Part shown: one piece after another, positions 1 to 11,118 of the stretch | Position numbering within the stretch: position 1 is the first letter of the stretch | Layout of the letters: every line of letters starts with the position of its first letter | The notes under the pieces: model-generated | Database searches by the model: none | Seen by the model: the letters and a program-made list of their open reading frames with translations, nothing else | What the model was told of the DNA's origin: nothing | Position numbers and translations under genes: made by a program | Assembly: GCA_001724265.1 (NCBI GenBank) | Contig: MEDY01000028.1 | Coordinates: 62,001-122,604, forward strand | Length of the DNA stretch: 60,604 nucleotides | Direction of reading: 5' to 3' | From: Rhizaria sp. SCN 62-66 | Taxonomy: Eukaryota

Positions 1-259
1 CGTGAACTGATTAAACCGAGATCATAAGTGTGTCTATATGATTTCAGTCACGAATAGAGAATGAAGCAGTCATGCAATCAGTTCGCTTAGATACAACAAA
101 TGTCAAATTTGCTTAATTAAACCAATGTATTTTCACGCTGAGTGATTAAACCAATATTTTAGGCGAACATTCAACCAAGGAATACACAGTATCACAGCAA
201 CAAGTCTGCCCACTCCAGAGCGTGACTTGTCCTTGTAAAGGGAGGCAATGAAGTTACGT

Positions 260-830
260 TATAGTATAGTGCGGCGCAGCGCGGTTTTGCCACTTAGGGG
301 TTTCGGCGGTAAAGCCCGGCTAAGTGCATAACCGGCTGCGTGTGGCGATACGACGGTTGCGGCGGGTGGTAGGTTGGCTGCAAAGGGCGACGGTAGGCTG
401 GCTGTCGAAAGGCGCTGCGAAGGACGATGAGAGTTCATGTTCGTGGAGTGGTATGAGGGCTGCGAGGGGCGTTAGTGGTTGGTAGCAGGAGGGCGGAAAC
501 CAGTGTAAACGCCGCCAGCGCGCACACCAGGCTGGCGGAAATTAGTGCCATCGGATGCCACCAGTGTGAGTCGGGCCAGAAAGGATGTGGCGCCGGCAGA
601 GCGGTCCGCGGCAGCCAGGACCGGGCGGATATGGCTGCACAGTGTGGCCAGTTCCAGGCGGGCGAATATGGCCAGGGCAGCCAGGCCCGCAACGAGGCGG
701 GTGATTAGGTCCATGTTCCAGCGGGGATGATGCGGCCCGGGCGGGTGATGCGGCCCGGGCGGGTGACGTGGCCCGGGCGGGTGATGCGGGCCGGCTGGAG
801 GGAGAGGGATGTACTAGATGGGATGTGATC
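260..830 (-). pseudogene. Probable decayed Pro/His/Cys-rich repeat gene fragment, possibly related to the CRGP-repeat gene at 4093-5448
   Basis: GC-rich island in AT-rich DNA. The minus strand gives HHPPGP repeats, then GPGCPGH...PGPGCRGPLCRR, then GVRAGG...RPP, in different frames with TAA stops. No intact ORF. Confidence 0.45.
728..792. repeat. 18-bp tandem repeat (TGATGCGGCCCGGGCGGG), about 3.5 copies
   Basis: Read directly from the sequence. Confidence 0.85.
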
Positions 831-1423
831 TTTAACTTAAATAACATCACGCGTTAAGAAAACAATAAAACCAATAACTGATTTGACACAATGGTAATAT
901 ATTTTGCAAAGAAATGAGTCATTTGACAAAAACTACGTGGTTATCTTTAATCAAACTCAACATGATCCACTTCAAGTTAGGCAAAGCCACGCAAAATAAT
1001 TTTCAAGTTGCATCTGCATGACAATCTTCAATTGAACGAAGAAAGCCCTGGCAAGAAAAGGTAATGAAGAAACGTCTCAAATTCATTTGTGGCTCATATC
1101 CGCCGTTCTGAGACTCGAATTTTGCGCGCGAAGTCTCCAATTCTGTTGATATATCTGGTGTTAAGTAGTGGATGGTTGCAAGCGCAACGATGTGAGCATC
1201 AACAAAGTATATTCTCAGAAAGAATAAACTGCATGTGTATATTAATATGATTGTACTCATGATCAGTATGTATGAGTTCAGCTCGTGATGACACTGAAAA
1301 CTTAATCAAATTAAGTTGCGAAACACGGGGTTAACGTTAAACTGAAGCGTTCGTCACGTCTTCATATGAAACAAAAATGAAACATAAGTGCGATATCACA
1401 GATAATCTTAGGCTGGACGTTAC

Positions 1424-3187
1424 TTATTCCTTGACTGGCTTGTCGTTCTTCCACTGCCCCTCCCAGGCGAACCCGCTAACCTTGTATTCGAAGCGGCCGC
1501 GGCCCTCTTTGACGTCATTGGCCCACTCACCAATATAGACGTTGCCCGACGGGTAGATCATGCGTCCGTGCCCGTGAAGCTTTCCCGCTAAGAAGTTGCC
1601 CTCATAGAAGGAGCCATCAGGCTCCTTCAGCTTACCATAGCCCTCGCGTTGCCCGTTGCGAACGGAACCACTGTACTCAGAACCGAAACTCGCCTTGTAG
1701 ACGCCCTCACCGTGCGGCACGTCGTTGTGCCAAGCGCCCGCCCATGCACCCACGCCGGGTAAAAGACCTACGCCCTGGCCGTTGCGCTTGTCATCGGCCC
1801 AGCTTCCGTCATAACTCTCGCCGTCAGCCCCTCGCATTGAGCCGTGGCCCTCGCGCCTGTTGCGAACCCACGCACCGCGATAAACGCCACCGTCACTGAA
1901 GTGCATCTCGCCCTCGCCGGAGCGGAGATGTTCCGCAAAGCCGCCGTGGTAGAAAGCGCCACTGGGCCAGCGGTATGTGCCCGTACCGTGGCGCAGACCG
2001 TTGCGGAACTCGCCCACGTAGGTTGCCATCAGTGTCGTGGGCTGTTTCGCTGGAGAGCGCGCCTGCGGCACTGCGGCAGTTGGGGGCGTGCGAGTGGAGT
2101 CATCGTCGTCGGAAGACTCATCGCCGAACAGACTCCCTGTGAATTCTGTTGGTGCAGCTTGTACGACGCTCGCGGTTGCAGCCGATGGCGCGCTCTCACT
2201 CGCAGGCACAGCTGTTTCTGACTCTGTGCTGGTGAGCGATAACGCTCTCATGGCGCCCGACAGGGCGTTACCGTCACTTCCCTCCGCAGTTGCCTGTTGT
2301 GTAGCAGGTGCATCATCAGCACCAGCACTGCCAACGCCGTCAGCACCAACGCCATCGCCACCTGCATCATCGTAGTCGGTGTCTACCTCGGCCTCAGCAT
2401 CACTCTCAGCCTTAGAATCGGTTGCACCGTTGTCTTCGTTGGATGTCATCTGCAACAACACCTTGTCGTCAACGGCGTCGCCAACTGTTGGCGTGTAGAG
2501 CACAAACTGTCTCCCGCGGCCGTGCGAGACTCCGCGGCGGAAGTTCCCGCGGTACAGTGTGTCGCCTTCCGCGGCCACGGACCAGCCTCGTCCGTGCCGC
2601 CGGTCGTCGCGGAAGTCGCCCTCGTATTGCAACATCAGCCCACTCTCGCGGTCGTACGTCCCAACTTGCTGCTTTTTCAGCTGCTTGTGTTGCTGCTTCT
2701 GACTACAAGGCAGTTTCTGCCAAGCTTCGAGAGTCATGGGCACGTACTCGCAGCCGTGACCATGACGGCGGCTCGCAACCCATTCCCCTCGGTAGACAAC
2801 CCCGCTAGCAGCGTCCGTGGACTCGCCAGTGCCTTCGCGTTGGCCCGCGCGAAATGCGCCGCGGTACGTAAACTTGGCCGTAATGAGCACACCAGTGCCG
2901 CTGGGCAGTCCCTTGCGCCACTCGCCTTCGTATGTTTGTCCATCTGCTGTTGTGAGACGACCCTGTCCGTGGCGCTTGTCGTTGCGCCAGGAGCCCGAGT
3001 AGGTGTCGCCGTTGGCTTCAGTCATGTTGCCTACACCGTGACGACGCTTCCGCACCATGTCGCCTTGATAGCAAGAGCCATCTGCCAACACGCTAAAGAC
3101 ATTACCGTCCTAATCGCTGCTGAAATCAGTGTCGGTCACTACCGCGGACGAGACATCGGACATATCCACGGTACCTGCTCCGGACAT
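1424..3187 (-). CDS. MORN-repeat protein (587 aa if TAG at 3110-3112 is read as sense)
   Basis: Many YxGxW/F...HGxG MORN repeats in two blocks separated by an acidic/Ala linker. ATG at 3187 is in frame (MSGAGTVDMSD...SSD*DGNVF). Ends in TAA. Confidence 0.85.
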
Positions 3188-4092
3188 GAAACAAATGAAA
3201 CAAAATGGGTACTTTTAATCGTTTTGATTTATGATTTGAAACTGGAAGACAAAGTCGTGCCTTATTAAGGCAGGTAATCTCCATCAAAAATGTGCCTCCT
3301 TCTTTCGCTAGCTGGGCGAGACGCAAAACGCGTTTGTGGTGGAGAGCATGCATACAACCAAAACAAAGAATATTCCAACATATCCGAAGACAGTAAGCAC
3401 AAAGTTTAAATCTTTACTGAAGTTAAGTGCAATTTATTGATATTCAAAAGTGATTGTTTCTAATCATCGCGATATCTTTAAATTATTGTGCTACACTCGA
3501 TGACTCAAGAGCTGAAATGCACACTTTTGGTGCCATATGCGTTCAGAGTGGTCCTCTATGAAATAAACTCTGGGATATTTCACATATCAGTATTTACTTA
3601 CTTTAAATACAATGTTTTGCCGCTCGAATAGTTCGTTTTATTGCATTAAGCTCCCCTATTTGTTCCTACATCTGTTCAAGTGATCTGATTTCAGCCGCTA
3701 TGAAAATTGATCGCCCAAAATGATGTTTACAAAACATAGAGCCATACTTACTCTATAGACTGTAATTCTCATGATATTGGGGTAAAAAAACTTAAAACAG
3801 CGAGTATAAACGCTGAAGCACATCAAACTTGATGTTGGCAGCAGAGACGCCGAGCTGACATGCAAGCTGCAACTTGAAAGGCAATTGCCAACTTAAAGCG
3901 AGCACAGGAGGGACGTGCGAACCAAGTAAAGAGCAGCTAAATCAAGTTAGTTCTTTCAAATTGTTTGTTCGATTTGTATTCAGATACGCATTGACTCAAA
4001 AAACTCGTGCTTTAATGCGCAGCTCTGAATTTTCCGTTTTTCAACTCATATCTTACAAGACTTTGCCCCCGTGTCCCACTCCTTTCAGATCC

Positions 4093-5448
4093 ATGAGGTT
4101 AACTCCTCTCTATGTGGTGCTGCTGGCTAGCGCCGCTCTGCTGGCAAAGGCATATACAAGCGACGGCTCAGGTTATCTGCTCTACTCACCGGGGCTGCGC
4201 ATTGAGCCCCAGCGCTGCTTGCTACAGAGCACCAATACGGGCGCCTTCCTTATCCCCTATCAGCAAGTCCAGGCCGACGGGACGCTGTTTGCTTACGACG
4301 CATCGACGCCGCTGGAGAGCATTCCTGAAGGCTGTGCCGCGTATTCTAGCGGTGGCAGCGGCAGTGGTAGCAGCGGCAGCGGTAGCGGCAACATGGGGGT
4401 GAACACTGGCGTCGTCAATCCGTACCCCAATGTTGTTCCTAGCGTCGTTCCAACTGTCATTCCCACTGTGAACCCCGTGGTCGTCGGACCCACCAATCCT
4501 AACGTTGTCGTCGTCAACCCCACGCCGACGCGTTACCGCCCTTGCCAGGACTATTGGTCTCCCGAGTGCCAGAGCGAATTGGACGCCCTTCGGCTGCAGT
4601 TCCCTGGGGTTATCCCAGATCTCGAGACAAGGTGCAGCAGCGGCACCGACCCGGCCGCGTGCACTCAGCTTGGAGTTCTCGCCGATAAGCTTACGCGCTC
4701 GGGTTGGGGCGCAGGCCGTCCGGGTTGGGGGAGCAATCTCCGCCCGCCCTGTCGCGGCCCCCACTGCCCGCGGCCAACTACCAACACGAGCTGTCGCGGC
4801 CCCCACTGCCCGCGTCCAACTAACAACACGAGCTGTCGCGGCCCGCACTGCCCGCGGCCAACTACCAATACGAGCTGTCGCGGCCCGCACTGCCCGCGGC
4901 CAACTACCAATACGAGCTGTCGCGGCCCGCACTGCCCGCGGCCAACCGACAACAACACGTCTTGCCGCGGCCCGCGTTGCCCGCGTCCTACTCCGGGGCC
5001 AACTGACCCGCGTCCGACACCCGGCCCCACAGGCTGCCGCGGTCCAAACTGCCCGCGTCCGACACCGGGGCCCGGTCCGACAACTGGCTGCCGTGGCCCC
5101 CGCTGCCCGCGCCCAACTCCAGGCCCGACAACTGGGTGCCGTGGTCCCCGCTGTCCCCCGCGCGAAGTCGGACCGATGGGCTGCCGCGGCGGCCGCTGCA
5201 CCGGCGGCGCCGGCGGCGTGCGCCCGCCTCCTCGGCCCAATACGCGTCCTCCTACCACTCGTCCTCCCACCACGCGGCAACCGCCGATGCGCTCTCCCGC
5301 GAGGCCGCCGACCACCCGCCCTGTGACGCGCCCGTCGCGGCCTATCACGCGGCCGATCCGGCCTGCGACAACGACGCGGCCGCCGCCGCGCCGCGCCACC
5401 ACGCGGTCAGTGTCACCAACCCCGCGCCGCACTGTGCGCGCGGCGTAA
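4093..5448 (+). CDS. Secreted Pro/Thr/Arg-rich protein with CRGPxCPRP repeats
   Basis: ATG 4093 is followed by a signal-peptide-like segment (MRLTPLYVVLLASAALLAKA), a Cys-containing N-terminal region, about 11 CRGPxC units and a basic RPxT tail. Ends in TAA. Confidence 0.8.
   Translation: MRLTPLYVVLLASAALLAKAYTSDGSGYLLYSPGLRIEPQRCLLQSTNTGAFLIPYQQVQADGTLFAYDASTPLESIPEGCAAYSSGGSGSGSSGSGSGNMGVNTGVVNPYPNVVPSVVPTVIPTVNPVVVGPTNPNVVVVNPTPTRYRPCQDYWSPECQSELDALRLQFPGVIPDLETRCSSGTDPAACTQLGVLADKLTRSGWGAGRPGWGSNLRPPCRGPHCPRPTTNTSCRGPHCPRPTNNTSCRGPHCPRPTTNTSCRGPHCPRPTTNTSCRGPHCPRPTDNNTSCRGPRCPRPTPGPTDPRPTPGPTGCRGPNCPRPTPGPGPTTGCRGPRCPRPTPGPTTGCRGPRCPPREVGPMGCRGGRCTGGAGGVRPPPRPNTRPPTTRPPTTRQPPMRSPARPPTTRPVTRPSRPITRPIRPATTTRPPPRRATTRSVSPTPRRTVRAA
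4747..5160 (+). repeat. Coding tandem repeat, 42-bp core unit (CRGPHCPRPTTNTS) diverging toward the 3' end
   Basis: Near-identical 42-bp units at about 4747-4950, then longer variant units. Confidence 0.9.
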
Positions 5449-5566
5449 GAGCTGAACGACATGTATAGAGTCTCGTCATTGTAATGTAAGTGCTATGTAA
5501 GCGATGAAGTTTAGACAATGTGTAGAATATTCATCAACAAATTCACTCGATTCATACAAATGTTGT

Positions 5567-8500
5567 TTATTCTTGGTTTTTATGGTCGTTAACATGCTGC
5601 GACAACAAAAAGTCGAAATCTATCTAAATATCACAGATTTAATCAATGCACGCATCATGCATTTTATTGCTCACTGGCGTACCTCTGCTTTCGCGGCCTC
5701 CGTCTCAACCAGAGCGACTTCAGCAACCTGACGCTCAAACACGGCGCGCACACGCTCACGCGGGGCCGTTGCGCGGCGCAGCTCGGCCGCGGCCAGGCGC
5801 GCCACGCACGGCTCGCAGAACTCATCGCGCATGCTGCGTCGCGCCGCGGCGCCCCGCAGAGCGGCGGCCAGCGGCGCGGCGGCGACCGCGCGCATGGCCG
5901 CGGCAAGCGCGACTGCGGAGGGTCGCGCCCACCAGTGGCCCGCGAAGGCGCCTTCGCCGACGCGCTCGAAGCCCGCGGCGGCGACGGGGCGGCCAGTAGC
6001 TGCGGTGAGAAATGCCGTGACGCCGCCCCACGCCGTGGCCAGCACCGGGAGCCCCGCGGCCATGGCTTCGGCGTGCGGACGGCCCCAGCCCTCGCCGCGC
6101 GACGGCTGCACGAGCGCGGTCGCGGCGCGGTATAGCGACGGCAGCGCGCGCTGCGAGAGCGGCGCAGACAGCACGGACACGCGCGGCAGCGCGAGGCCAG
6201 CGCGCGCAACTGCAGCGACCGTGGCTGTGTTGTTCTCGGCGACGGCATGGCTTGCACGAAGCGTGCGTGCGCGAGCGAGCGTGTCCATGAGGAGTGTTAC
6301 GGCATCGACAAACGCAGGCGTGGCCGCAATGTGCTCCGCAACGAACATGCCACCATCGTCATCGTCGTCGTCATCGCCATGGCCGTGGTTGTAGTAGTGG
6401 CCCGCGCCGGCGCGCCGCGCGGTGCGGGCGGCACTGCGCGGGGCGTGCGCAACGCGAGGCGGCGTGGTGCGCAGCAGCAGCGTCGGCGGCTCCGCAGCCA
6501 GCAGTGGCGCCACACCCGCGCACTCGGCAGCGCTAATAGCGGCGCCAGAGCCGAGGGCATCTGCAGCGCGCGCGAGAGCGTGGAGCGGCTCTGCAACAAA
6601 CGCAGCGGTGTAGGCGTCGAGCAGCACGTCCCAACCCTTGCGCCGCTCCCACTTGAACACGGACAGCAGTGTCACCGCACCACCGTCGTTTGTGTCGTGG
6701 TCAGGATTGTCGGGGCACGTGCGGGCGAGTGTGAGGAGTGCGGCGGCCAGCGCATCAGCAGCGCCCTCAGCCGCCGTGACATCGCGCGCGGCGACGACAG
6801 CGGCGGCTGCGGCCTCTGCTGGGGCCCGCCGGTCAGCGCGCACATTGTCGTCGTTAAGCGGACTCACAGGGGCTGTGCGCGCGTCAGGCTGCGTGTCCGC
6901 CGCTGTATCAGGGTTCAAATCGCTCGCGTTCCCAGCCCCTACAGCAGGAGGAGTGATGTCGCCCTCGGGTTCGCGGCGCGCGGGAACGGGGTATGTCGGC
7001 AACAGCGGCACTGTGTGGAGTTGACTGCGCCACTCCGCTTCACTGACGCGGTCCGTGGCCGCGGGCGAGGCGCCAAGCTCAGCTTCGCCCCGCAGCAACG
7101 CCGCGGCCGCGCAGTCGCTCGGCAACACGCCCACAGCAGTCCCAGCCTCCGTGACGTTTTCGCTGTCAGTGGCGGCGGCGGCGCAGTAGCGCTGGACTGC
7201 GCGAGCCCAGCGGCGGCGCTGGGCGTTCGCGGGCGCAAACGTCGCCGTGTCCACGCCCTATGGTACGACGCGGACCTTGCCTGGCGCGACGCCCGCGGCG
7301 AGAAAGACTGAACGCGACCAGTCCGATGGGACCCAGACCCAGTCGAAGCGCGCGAGTCGCGCGGGCCATCCGTGCGGGAGCCGGTCGGACTCGAACATGG
7401 TGCGCGCAATGAGCACTGCGGGCAGCGTGTACGGCGACTGCGACGCGGCGGGCAGCAGCGCCGGCGGGGTCACATCCGGCCAGTTCGACGTCGGCGCCGA
7501 TGTCAACGTGACAGCGGTTACGCCAGAGTCAGCGTCATCAGCGTCATCAGCGTGGGACGCTGCAAGCGCTGCTGCGGCGGCGTCGAGCGCGGCCGGTGTG
7601 AACGAGAGCGCCGCGCCAGTCGAATCAGCCTCAGCAGTGGTAGCATCACCACGGCGCGCCGCGTGGAGCTGCTCCTGTGCGAGTGCGACGCCGCGGCGCC
7701 AGTCGTCCACTGCGGCCTCGGCGGCGGCGCGCGCGTAGGCGCCCCACGGCGCGCCTAGGGGCGGACAAGGCTCGGTGCTGAACCGCGGCGGATGGAACGC
7801 GCCCGGCTCGACGTGGCACACCACGGCGGCCACGGGTACAGACGCCAGCGCGCGCCACTTGTCCTTAGTTGCCGCTGCGGCTGGTGGTGCTGCCGCAGCT
7901 GTGTCCGCAGAGGGCCGCGGAGGCGGAGGGAAGAGGGCGAGTGCGAGAGGACGCGTGGCGAGTGCGGAGAGACGCGACTGCAGAGCGGCGGGCAGACCGG
8001 CGTAGAAGTGCGCCGACACGGCGTCGCCGCTGTGCCGCGCGGTCACCGACACGGCCACGGGCGCGTCTGCGTCTGCGTCTGCGTCTGCTTCTGCGTCAAC
8101 CCTTGCACGGTTTGCGGGGTGATGCATGCCGTCGAGGTGGGTAATAAACGAGATAGCTTCGCTGCCGTAGCCGCCGCCACTAAATAGGGGCGCGTACCAT
8201 AGCACTGACACCGGACGCGGCGCCACAGCTATTTGCACCGGCGCGGGCTTGGGGTCAGCGACTTTGGACTTCGTGTTTGAACTCGCAACTTTATCTGGAT
8301 CTGAACGAACATCACTGTCTGTTGTCAGCGACCGCGATTGCACGGTGGGTTGCACGGCAGACGATGAGGCAGTTGTTCCACCAGATTTCAACGCTGTCGC
8401 ACCAGCGTTTGCGTCAGGGAGCTGAACTGTGGCGCGCAGCTCAACTGCTGAGTGTGCGACAGAGTTCCCTGACATTCTCGGCGAAGCCAGTGCGGGCGCC

Positions 8501-8760
8501 AGAGCGTCGGGTGCGGCCCAGAAGAGCGCAGCGACGGAAGCCAGAACAGCCACCACACCGACTGTGACAACAAGGAGGGAAAATGATGAGCGCGGGCGCG
8601 CGGGCTGGCGCGATGAGTCTGTGGGGGTGGCGGGCTACGAGGTTGATGAGGGGGAGGCGACTGCTGGGCCGTGTGATGTAGGGCCGGGACTGGTTGGGAC
8701 AGGGCTCAGACTCGCTAGATCGCCGGGTCTTTGACGACGAGTGCGTGCACAAGTGTCCAT
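5567..8760 (-). CDS. GT4-family (GT-B fold) glycosyltransferase with N-terminal membrane anchor, ~1035 aa, two in-frame TAGs (8635-8637, 7258-7260)
   Basis: Motifs WYAPLFSGGGYGSEA, RTMFESDRLP, VWVPSDW, VVP*GVD, LSVFKWERRKGWDVLL and PSRGEGWGRPHAEAMAAGLPV lie in one frame from ATG 8760. A probable last intron 5682-5597 (GTACGC...CAG) gives TAA at 5567; unspliced, it would end at TGA 5671. Confidence 0.85.
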
Positions 8761-8990
8761 TCTAGTTCGTAGGAGCGCGTATGTGGTGCACATGGGTGAG
8801 ACATGGCGAGTCTGGAGGATGGTTCAGGAGTATCGACCGACAGCGAGTTCACGGGGACAGTATAGATATCACGTATTTGATCGTTGAGAGACGAACTATT
8901 TTAAATCCAAATATCTTCACCGCTTTTTGAATATTGATACCAAATTATATGTCTCAAAACGCCCTTCTTTTGCGTTTCCGAGCTTTTCAG

Positions 8991-10463
8991 ATGTCTGCTA
9001 AAGGCTCGAAGCTGCAGCAGCATAAGCCTTCGGCTGCACCTGCCCGTGCGGGCCCGACGCATGCTTCTTCACGACAAGTGGCCACGTCCGCGTCTGCAGC
9101 GCCAGAAAAGAAGCCGACTTCCGTTAGTGCCGACTCGCGGTTCCAAATGTCGAGCAAGCTTTCGCGGTTTGCCGAGATGAGCGCGGATTATGCGGGCGCG
9201 GACTCTGATGACTCGGAGGACGCCGCCGCCGACGACCGCGTCGACGGCACCGATGGCGACGAGGACTTTGAAGGGTTTGAGGGCGACGAAGGCGACGCTT
9301 TCGACGACACCTTTGAGGGCGAGGACGAGGACGGGGTTGACGACACTGAGGACGACGACGAAGATGACACTGAGAACGACCAAGATGATGATGACGACGA
9401 CGACGACGACGACGACGACGAGGAGCTGCGTGTTGCTCCTAACAAGCGCCCCGTTTCTGCGAAGCCTGCAGCTGCGGCCCCAACCATTGCCAAGCCCGCG
9501 GCCGGGCCTAAGCCCGCCGCTACGCCCTCCAAAGCCTGTGTCGCGGACTCCGAAGTGGACTCTGACTCTGGTTCTGACTCCGAGGACGAGGATCTGGCGG
9601 CCCTGGCGCTGCCGTCGCGCGACGCGACGTCGTCCGCGCGCATGGTTGCCGCAGCCGCCGAGGCGCGCGCCGAGACCGAACGCGTGCGTGCTTCTGCCCG
9701 GGCAGAGGCCCGCGCCGAAAAGAAAGCCGCCAAGGCTGCGCGCGCAGAGGTCCGTGCGGCGCGCGCCGCTGCGGCGGAAGGTGCGGCCGCGCGCGCGGCG
9801 GGCGCGGTGCCTGCCGGTGTGATCGAGGGCGTCAGCGCGGCCGAGGCGCGCAAGCATGACAAGTTCCTTAAGCGTGCTGCGCAAAAGGGCATCGTCTACC
9901 TGTCGCGCATCCCACCCGCGATGCGCCCGCAGAAGCTGCGGCGCCTGCTGGAGCCGATGGGCACGCTTGGCCGTGTGTTCCTGCAGAAGGAGGACGCGCG
10001 CGCGACGGAGCGGCGTAAGCGGTTTGGCTCTGGCGGCGGCAAGCACTTCACTGATGGCTGGGTCGAGTTCATGGATAAGCGCAAGGCGAAGCGTGCGGCG
10101 CTGATGCTCAACGGACAGCTCATCTCCGACTCGCGACGCTCGCGGTTTGCGCACGACATGTGGTCGATGGAGTACCGGTCGGGGCTCAAGTGGGAGGACC
10201 TGACGGACGCGCAGCGCGCGCAGGCGACGCAGCGCGACGCAGCGATGCGCGATGAAGTCACTGCGGGCAAGCTCGAGGCCGCGCGGTACATGGAGCGCGT
10301 TGACGCCAACAAGCGCCACGCGCAAATCGACAAGTCGCGTGAGAGTCGCGGCAAGCGCGCCGCGCCCGGTGGGGAACGCGCGGACCGCGAGCAGGGCGAC
10401 AAGCGGCCCACGGTGGACTTCCGCCAGCGCAGGCTCGTCGCACAGGAGAAGGACCTTTCGTGA
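8991..10463 (+). CDS. ESF2: Pre-rRNA processing protein ESF2/ABT1 with long acidic N-terminus
   Basis: GIVYLSRIPPAMRPQKLRRLL...GRVFLQ...FTDGWVEF...WSMEY...KWEDL is the ESF2/ABT1 RRM signature. Ends in TGA. Confidence 0.9.
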   Translation: MSAKGSKLQQHKPSAAPARAGPTHASSRQVATSASAAPEKKPTSVSADSRFQMSSKLSRFAEMSADYAGADSDDSEDAAADDRVDGTDGDEDFEGFEGDEGDAFDDTFEGEDEDGVDDTEDDDEDDTENDQDDDDDDDDDDDDEELRVAPNKRPVSAKPAAAAPTIAKPAAGPKPAATPSKACVADSEVDSDSGSDSEDEDLAALALPSRDATSSARMVAAAAEARAETERVRASARAEARAEKKAAKAARAEVRAARAAAAEGAAARAAGAVPAGVIEGVSAAEARKHDKFLKRAAQKGIVYLSRIPPAMRPQKLRRLLEPMGTLGRVFLQKEDARATERRKRFGSGGGKHFTDGWVEFMDKRKAKRAALMLNGQLISDSRRSRFAHDMWSMEYRSGLKWEDLTDAQRAQATQRDAAMRDEVTAGKLEAARYMERVDANKRHAQIDKSRESRGKRAAPGGERADREQGDKRPTVDFRQRRLVAQEKDLS

Positions 10464-11118
10464 GCGTGCCACGTGTGCGTCAGAGCGAGACCAACTGAAG
10501 GCGCGCAGACTACTGGCGCGCAGACAAGGTAGATCGTTTCGATGATGTGCGTGCTGCGCGTGCTAAGAAGGCCAATTTGTACATAGTTGTTTGCACGCAG
10601 CGAATGAAATGTAGCATTCCATAATCTCGATTCAATTGATGGCCATGCGCGTATATATTATTATTAAACTTAACGAGTATACACGATACACATTCTTATA
10701 TTTTATTAGTTGATGTAGTGTTTAGGATCTGGCTAATTCATACTTGCTATGAAATGCGTCACATTCAGTGAGTATATTCTACAGAAGCTCGCTTAAATCG
10801 CGTAGTACACTTTAACGGTTTTGAATGCTCAAATTTTTTACTTGTTTGGACATTAGCTTACCAACATAGTTTATTTGTTTGCACATACGTCGTGCGGACG
10901 ATTGTCTTTCGTTTCTGTTTGTTCAAGTCACGTATAGTCCAGACTTCAAAATAACTCATCCCCTCATCATTCATTCCAATCATATTCATATTTCTCAACT
11001 TCGATCATAAAAAAAACCTCCTACATATACATATGCTCATATTAAATTAATGTCTTATATTGCCTTCAATCAAATATCTTCACACAAACCGCACCAACGT
11101 TGAGTAACTAGTAACGCT

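Noticed and set aside
3110-3353. Upstream exon MHALHHK... joined to the MORN ORF by a GC-AG intron
   Set aside because: Possible, but needs a non-consensus donor; an in-frame ATG at 3187 is simpler. Not fully excluded.
4747-5160. Regular repeats as a CRISPR-like array
   Set aside because: In-frame coding repeats with no unique spacers, in a eukaryotic gene.
7258-7266. 9-nt GTACCATAG as a micro-intron removing the TAG
   Set aside because: Far shorter than any intron here (86 nt or more), lacks the GTACG donor, and would delete conserved motif residues.
8760-8991. Head-to-head gene pairs as a special regulatory system
   Set aside because: Common throughout the window and ordinary for compact protist genomes; no shared motif identified.
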